From positions 450,001-482,000 of the forward strand of contig JAIZWK010000001.1 of NCBI GenBank assembly GCA_021498095.1: a stretch of 32,000 bases of DNA. The letters are read 5' to 3'. A program made the position numbers and the translations under genes. The notes under the pieces were generated by a model. That model searched no databases. It was not told the DNA's origin and saw only the letters and a program-made list of their open reading frames with translations. Below are positions 26,805-32,000 of the stretch, piece by piece; the stretch's first letter is position 1; each line of letters begins with the position of its first letter. The stretch comes from Candidatus Harpocratesius repetitus (lineage in GTDB: Archaea > Asgardarchaeota > Lokiarchaeia > Sigyniarchaeales > Promethearchaeaceae).

Positions 26805-28418
26805 GTGAACATGAGTAATTCAACCCATAAACCGGATTTTTCTACGCAATCATCTTCAGAGAATATTAAGAATAATGGTTTTAATCGTCTTTATCATAAA
26901 AAAGGCAATAAAACGAAGAAAGAAAAAGAAAATAATACTGAGAAAGAAAAAGGTACTAAAACAGAGAAAAACACTAAAAATAATAAAAAATTTTCCGATG
27001 AGAGTACAGTTACTCGATTATCTATTATATTGGTTATTATTGTTTTCATAATTAAGGTAAGTGTTTCTTTTATTACCAGAAGTTTATCTTTTATAGTTGA
27101 ACTTTCTGATTCTATAATAGATTTGGTAGCAGTTTCGATTACGTTTATCGCACTGAAAGAAAGTCAAAAAGAACCTGATTTTGAGCATATGTTTGGTCAT
27201 GAAAAGATTAATTCATTTGCTGCATTTTTACAGAGTTTACTAATTTTAGGATTATATGGGGGATTACTGTTCAGCACCATAAAAAATTGGATAAACGGTA
27301 CTTTAATTGAAACATCCAACACTTTATGGGGAGTAGGGGCATTGGTTCTTATAATTACTTTAGTGTTTATTGTTTCTCATCAAATAATTCAGATTGGAAA
27401 GAAGAGTAAAAACCAATTAATTCTGGCACAAGGAACCAATTTTCGCGGCGATTTTTATCGTAATATTACTGTAATTTTCAGTTTAACTGTTTCATATTTT
27501 GGGATCAAATATATCGATGCAATTGTGGCGATTTTGTTTTCGCTTAAAGCAATTTATGAAGGATTCCAAATATTATCCCAAAGTTATAAAGAATTAATCG
27601 ATACTAACCCAATTTCGAAAGAACAGGTCGAAAAATTGCAAAAAAAACTAGAAAGTCTTCCAGGAATTCGAGAAATCCAAGATCTTAAAATCAGAACTAC
27701 AGGAAACAAACTAGATTTATCACTATGTATTAAAATTAAGGGAAAACAAAGAGCATTTCAGATAGATTTGATTAATGAACGGATGCGCAAGATAATTGAA
27801 AAAGAATTCCCAGAATACAACTGTAATACATACTTCTGTACTCAATCACCCAAAAGACACCCTCATTTGACCGACATTCAATGGATTTCTAATATAATAC
27901 GGAAATTGGCTGAAAACAATTCATTCATAACCAATGTTCACAATATTGCTATAGATCAATTTCAAGATGATTTTTTAATTCAATTACAAATAGATCTTCC
28001 AGGTTCAATCTCGTTAACGGAAGGTCATGAGATTATCACGCAATATGAAAAAGATTTAAGGAATATCATAAATCAAACTCTAAAACAAAGCACAAATATT
28101 GAAATAATTACTCATTTAGAGCCAACACATGAATATGAGAGAGTACATTCTCATCCTGTTTTAGAACAAGCTCCTGAAAATCTTAAAGTTGAAATAGAGC
28201 AACTTGTGAAAAAATTTCCCGATGTTAAGGAGATTCACGATATCCGAATATTAACAGAACCAGAAGGGTGGTTCCTTTCATTTATGATACACATCGATGG
28301 AAAAATTTCAATTATGCGGGCACATGCTCTTAACGAGCAAATTGAGCAGGTACTTTTTACTCATTATCCTCAGTTGAAGGACTGTACAATCCATACAGAA
28401 CCATATGAAAATGATTAA
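26805..28418 (+). CDS. Cation diffusion facilitator (CDF) transporter with three tandem C-terminal domains
   Basis: TM2 DSIID, PDFEHMFGHEK, TM5 NFRGD; three ZT_dimer-like repeats, the last two ending THLEP and IHTEP. Confidence 0.88.
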   Translation: MNMSNSTHKPDFSTQSSSENIKNNGFNRLYHKKGNKTKKEKENNTEKEKGTKTEKNTKNNKKFSDESTVTRLSIILVIIVFIIKVSVSFITRSLSFIVELSDSIIDLVAVSITFIALKESQKEPDFEHMFGHEKINSFAAFLQSLLILGLYGGLLFSTIKNWINGTLIETSNTLWGVGALVLIITLVFIVSHQIIQIGKKSKNQLILAQGTNFRGDFYRNITVIFSLTVSYFGIKYIDAIVAILFSLKAIYEGFQILSQSYKELIDTNPISKEQVEKLQKKLESLPGIREIQDLKIRTTGNKLDLSLCIKIKGKQRAFQIDLINERMRKIIEKEFPEYNCNTYFCTQSPKRHPHLTDIQWISNIIRKLAENNSFITNVHNIAIDQFQDDFLIQLQIDLPGSISLTEGHEIITQYEKDLRNIINQTLKQSTNIEIITHLEPTHEYERVHSHPVLEQAPENLKVEIEQLVKKFPDVKEIHDIRILTEPEGWFLSFMIHIDGKISIMRAHALNEQIEQVLFTHYPQLKDCTIHTEPYEND

Positions 28419-28567
28419 GTAATAATTCCTTTGAGAAATATTCCATTAACATTATTGAAAAGAGACAAAACTTATCAACTATTTGATTCTTATTTTGAGA
28501 AAGATCAATCTTTTTTAAGAATTCAAAATTCAATTAACTACGTGCAATAGGAGGCGATTATAAATAC

Positions 28568-29083
28568 ATGAAAGAAAAAGAAATGCACATTTCAATCAGC
28601 TGGCATCCACTGAAGCGTTATGTAAAAATACCACAGATCTTGCGCGGGCCTTCGGATATGAATATTGTCGATGTAATTTATCAAATCGATAAGCAATATT
28701 TTGAGAATCGAAAAAATTCAAAACGCAGCCATCGCTTAGATTTTATGGCTCCAAAAATAAAAAGCAGCTTGCAAATGTTGTGGAATCCGGAAACAGGAAT
28801 GTTTTATGATGATGTTGGAGTTGAATGTAGAACTCCACCTCCTGAATCCCGTACAGTTCCTGTCGAAACAGAATGGAAAACACCTGTACCTAACAATGCT
28901 TGGATAGTTTTGATGCCAGATGCACAATGTTGATGAAATGCAGTAGAAGAGAGGTTGAAACCAGGAAGATTTCTAAATGGATTAAAATCCCAGTGCGGTG
29001 AAAATTCAGAAATATATCAATTCTACTATAAGCAATATCATCAAAACATTAAATCTCAAGATTTGAATGAAGTGAAAGAATAA
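28568..29083 (+). CDS. Hypothetical protein, candidate selenoprotein; ends at 28933 unless TGA is recoded (28936 if only the first TGA is read, 29083 if both)
   Basis: ...MPDAQC-TGA-TGA, then 48 open in-frame codons to TAA 29081-29083, with a SECIS-like hairpin just downstream. The 121-aa core ORF is solid; the extension is a hypothesis. Confidence 0.5.
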
Positions 29084-29090
29084 ACTAAAA

Positions 29091-29160
29091 ATGATCAAAT
29101 TGCTTTGATCAAGGTCTTTCACCAACGCCATGCAAGAGGCTACCTTGAGAAATATTTTTT
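29091..29160 (+). promoter_or_regulatory. Candidate eukaryote-type SECIS element in the 3' UTR
   Basis: UGA (29106-29108) + UCAAGGU (29109-29115) pairs with ACCUUGA (29142-29148) + GA (29149-29150), the tandem G.A/A.G geometry of a SECIS core; unpaired AA at 29124-29125. Confidence 0.5.
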
Positions 29161-29210
29161 CTATTCTTTTTCAAGTTTAATAAAAATTCTAAATATTATT
29201 CCAAATATAA

Positions 29211-29813
29211 GAGGTTCTAGCAACTTCTTTATTTTTGACTGAATTACCATTTTAATCTTTCATTTTCCGATAATAATCAAATGTATCAAGAATTATTTCA
29301 GTCGGCAAAAAAAACTTTAGAAAATATAATTGAGGATGTTTTATCTTTTTTAATTTAAACGCTTTTTTAAATATCATTCATATATTTCCGACTTATATCT
29401 GAAATATCGCAATTCTTTTTTTGTCGAACTCGATTTTTTCAAAGAATTTATTAAAAATTACCATCCTGTTTATAAATTCTTCAATCTGATGTCGATTTAT
29501 TATAATTTTTGATTTGCATATCTTGAATTTAGCACCTTGGTAAAATCGACAAAAAATAAGGAAGGATATTTTAGATTTAAGTCGGGAGAATTAAGATGAT
29601 GAAATGAAAAACTTCGAATCTTTAAAATTTAAAATACCCTCAATTATAAGTCGATTTTTGACTATTTTTAATCATATTATAGTTGAATTTGATAAAAAAA
29701 GTTCTAAATTTCTGATCGACAAATTTCAAATTTGGATGGAATATTAGTAAATGCGTAAATTATGCAGGATTTTTATTTTTTTTTTTTAATCTATCAAATG
29801 TTGATAAAAGCTC
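29211..29813 (+). mobile_element. MITE copy C (603 bp, long form)
   Basis: Same TIRs; perfect TSD ATAA (29207-29210, 29814-29817); carries an extra 314 bp (29332-29645) relative to copy A (603-314=289). Confidence 0.8.
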
Positions 29814-30017
29814 ATAAGTTCTGAATATAAATTCTGACAATAAATTCTAAGTATTATAGCTTTGAATAATGTCAGAAGGAATTTAGGTATAGATTTCATT
29901 GTATTCATTGCGAGCAAAAAACGGATCTTAATACCATTCTGGAATAAAAGATAACCGTTTTTATAAGAAAAGAAGTAATTATAGAGATATTATTTAAATC
30001 GTAAATAGGCAACACCG

Positions 30018-31565
30018 ATGCGAAAAACTGTTCAAATTGCTGGAATTTCACTCATATTAAGTACCCCCGACGAAATACCTCGTATTCAATGGATCGGTGG
30101 TGAGTTATATTTATCCCAACTTTTGGCAGCATGGACTATAGTAGACAAAGAACATGATATTCCTATGAGTCCGCAAATTTTGGGAAAACCAGGAGTAGGA
30201 AAAACAACTTTAGCCTATAGTGCTGCAAAATCACTAAATCTTCCTGTATATATATTTCAATGCACAGTTGATACTCGTCCTGAAGATCTTTTAATAACAC
30301 CTGTAATTGGAGGGAATAATACAATCGAATATCACGCGAGTCCACTTGTCACTGCCATGATTGAGGGAGGAATTTGTATCTTAGATGAGGCAAATCGAAT
30401 GGCAGAGAAATCATGGGCATCTTTAGCACCTTTATTAGATCGTAGAAGATATGTAGAATCGGTTATTGCTGGAATTAAACTCTCTGCCCATCCAAATTTT
30501 CGAATATGTGTTACAATGAATGAAGATTCAAGCACATTTGAAATCCCAGAATATATTCACTCTCGTTTACAACCTCAAATTTTCATTGAATTTCCAGATT
30601 CAGAAGAAGAATATCAGATATTGAAATTTAATATTCCTTATTCTCCTAGACAGATAATAGACTATACTGTAAATTTTTTACAAAGAGCCCATAAAGCAAA
30701 TAAAGATTACACAATTAGAGATGGAATCAATATTTGTCGTTATTATTTAAAAATCGAACAATTTTTCTTTAATAAGTATCAGTCTCAAAAATCATTTTCA
30801 TATTTAACACCTAATGAAGAAAGAAATAACTTTATACGTGATAAGTCTAGCAATAATTCGAAAAATGATCAAGATCTGGAAAAAACATCAACAATTAGAA
30901 CTAAATCTCCAAATAAATTATCAAATGAAGTTCAAATGGATTCGTTCCATGAAAAGTCTCAAGATAAGCAAAATCAAAAGAATGGGATAAATAAAAAATT
31001 ATTTCAACAGGCAATTTTCTATATTTTAGGTGAAGAAGGTTATAATTTTTATTTAGGGAAAAAACCAACTAAATCTGACCATTTTCTTCAATTTCAAGAT
31101 ATCTTTGATCAATTAAATGCAATATTTTATGATGAGAATATTGATAATCCAGAGTATCATGATGATCTTTCTCCTGATGAAGAGAATTTTAATGAAGAAT
31201 TTGAAAATAATCAAGAAAAAACAGAGAAATATCACAATTTTAGAAATGAAGAGCCATTTTTTGATGAACTTGACGCATTCGATGAAGAAGACGAAGATTT
31301 TCTTGATTTATTGGAAAAAAGTGATGTGAAATGGAATTCAGAAAAAGAGAGAAAAGATTTTCTTGAACCAATATTGGATGATGATCTTGATGAAAGACTT
31401 AAAAAAGAACCCCTTGATAGAGATCCTAATGAAATAATCAGAGAATTTTTAGAACGCAAATATCAGGAAAAAAAGAAAAGATTAAAAAAAGAACCTTCTG
31501 AAGATTCTAAAAATAAAAAACTTAATCATGGAACTCAGGGGAAAGATTCAAATGATCCGGTATAA
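30018..31565 (+). CDS. MoxR-type AAA+ ATPase with long acidic C-terminal tail
   Basis: GKPGVGKT, FQCTVDTRPEDLL, CILDEANR, RICVTMNE, SRLQP; D/E-rich low-complexity C-terminal third. Confidence 0.88.
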   Translation: MRKTVQIAGISLILSTPDEIPRIQWIGGELYLSQLLAAWTIVDKEHDIPMSPQILGKPGVGKTTLAYSAAKSLNLPVYIFQCTVDTRPEDLLITPVIGGNNTIEYHASPLVTAMIEGGICILDEANRMAEKSWASLAPLLDRRRYVESVIAGIKLSAHPNFRICVTMNEDSSTFEIPEYIHSRLQPQIFIEFPDSEEEYQILKFNIPYSPRQIIDYTVNFLQRAHKANKDYTIRDGINICRYYLKIEQFFFNKYQSQKSFSYLTPNEERNNFIRDKSSNNSKNDQDLEKTSTIRTKSPNKLSNEVQMDSFHEKSQDKQNQKNGINKKLFQQAIFYILGEEGYNFYLGKKPTKSDHFLQFQDIFDQLNAIFYDENIDNPEYHDDLSPDEENFNEEFENNQEKTEKYHNFRNEEPFFDELDAFDEEDEDFLDLLEKSDVKWNSEKERKDFLEPILDDDLDERLKKEPLDRDPNEIIREFLERKYQEKKKRLKKEPSEDSKNKKLNHGTQGKDSNDPV

Positions 31566-32000
31566 AAATCTCTTGATCCTACCAACCTATCATGATTCCT
31601 TAGAGTTTACTACAGAAATCCGAAATGAATTCTATCGTAATCCCCCTGATTTAATTGCAGTTGAATTTCCGGAGAATTTAAAACAAGACATCTTAACTGG
31701 AGTAGCGCGTTTACCTAAAATTTCAGTTGTTCTTTACTATGATGAATTTTTAAAAACACAATTATATATTCCAATCACTCCAGTTGATTCGTTGGTGGAA
31801 GCAATTCGACTAGGAGATGAATATGGAATTCCTGTTGAATTTATTGATATTTTTATTAAAAATTACAATCCTCCTGTAATTCCGCTTCCAGATTCTTATG
31901 CACTACACTATATTTCTCTTAAAAAGTTTTATTCTATTCTTAACAACACATTAGGATTGAAAAAAAGAGCAAAACATTATTATCAAACAAAAATTCTAAA
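31552..32000 (+). CDS. Partner protein of the MoxR ATPase (TraB/ChaN-like N-terminus), runs off the right edge
   Basis: Not in the ORF track; hand translation MIRYKNLLILPTYHDSLEFTTEIRNEFYRNPPDLIAVEFPENLKQDILTGVARLPKISVV...YIPITPVDSLVEAIRLG is open to the window end and overlaps the ATPase stop. The family call is inference. Confidence 0.7.
   Translation, partial: MIRYKNLLILPTYHDSLEFTTEIRNEFYRNPPDLIAVEFPENLKQDILTGVARLPKISVVLYYDEFLKTQLYIPITPVDSLVEAIRLGDEYGIPVEFIDIFIKNYNPPVIPLPDSYALHYISLKKFYSILNNTLGLKKRAKHYYQTKIL

Noticed and set aside
28933-29001. 22-aa ORF (MKCSRREV...) overlapping the TGA-TGA as an alternative explanation
   Set aside because: Very short, no SD, and in a different frame, so it does not explain the 48-codon in-frame opening.
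29211-29813. Transposase remnant inside long MITE copy C
   Set aside because: The ORF track has no ORF here and I saw no DDE-like motif; the insert is dominated by inverted repeats.
4504-31459. Short ORF-track entries overlapping larger genes (4504-4758, 9020-9226, 10391-10612, 15568-15783, 17282-17476, 22236-22595, 25615-25857, 26353-26568, 28736-28927, 30163-30345, 30332-30535, 31117-31329, 31232-31459)
   Set aside because: Antisense or alternate-frame shadows of well-supported CDSs, with no motifs or ribosome-binding sites noticed.
1-32000. CRISPR array, tRNA or rRNA genes
   Set aside because: No regularly spaced direct repeats, cloverleaf or GC-rich rRNA-like segment was seen by eye; tRNAscan-SE and Infernal were not run.

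Overview
AT-rich archaeal chromosomal window. Tandem archaeal histones, paired ribbon-helix-helix (RHH) regulators and a CxxC...CEH-tailed 7TM protein suggest an Asgard archaeon, probably Lokiarchaeia (inference). It holds about 25 CDSs, mostly housekeeping, membrane or regulatory genes: ArsB/NhaD permease, HerA-like ATPase, metallophosphoesterase, enoyl-CoA hydratase, a 1560-aa multi-TM plus helical giant, PadR/HAAS pair, DNA methyltransferase, MBL hydrolase, VUT and CDF transporters, and a MoxR AAA+ ATPase with its partner. No rRNA, tRNA, CRISPR array, integrase or transposase was seen. Main signals not shown by the ORF track: (1) a gene ending Cys-TGA-TGA whose frame stays open for 48 more codons and is followed by a eukaryote-like SECIS-shaped hairpin, a candidate new selenoprotein; (2) a low-GC three-gene operon (helical protein with an A17 run, HExxH zinc-peptidase-like protein, variant dCTP deaminase) between two copies of a MITE, a candidate defence system; (3) two RHH paralogs that both appear to start at AUU, 8 nt after GGAGG; (4) a structured MITE family in three copies with 14-bp imperfect TIRs and 4-bp TSDs; (5) a histone tandem with an identical 5' block and a structured leader.
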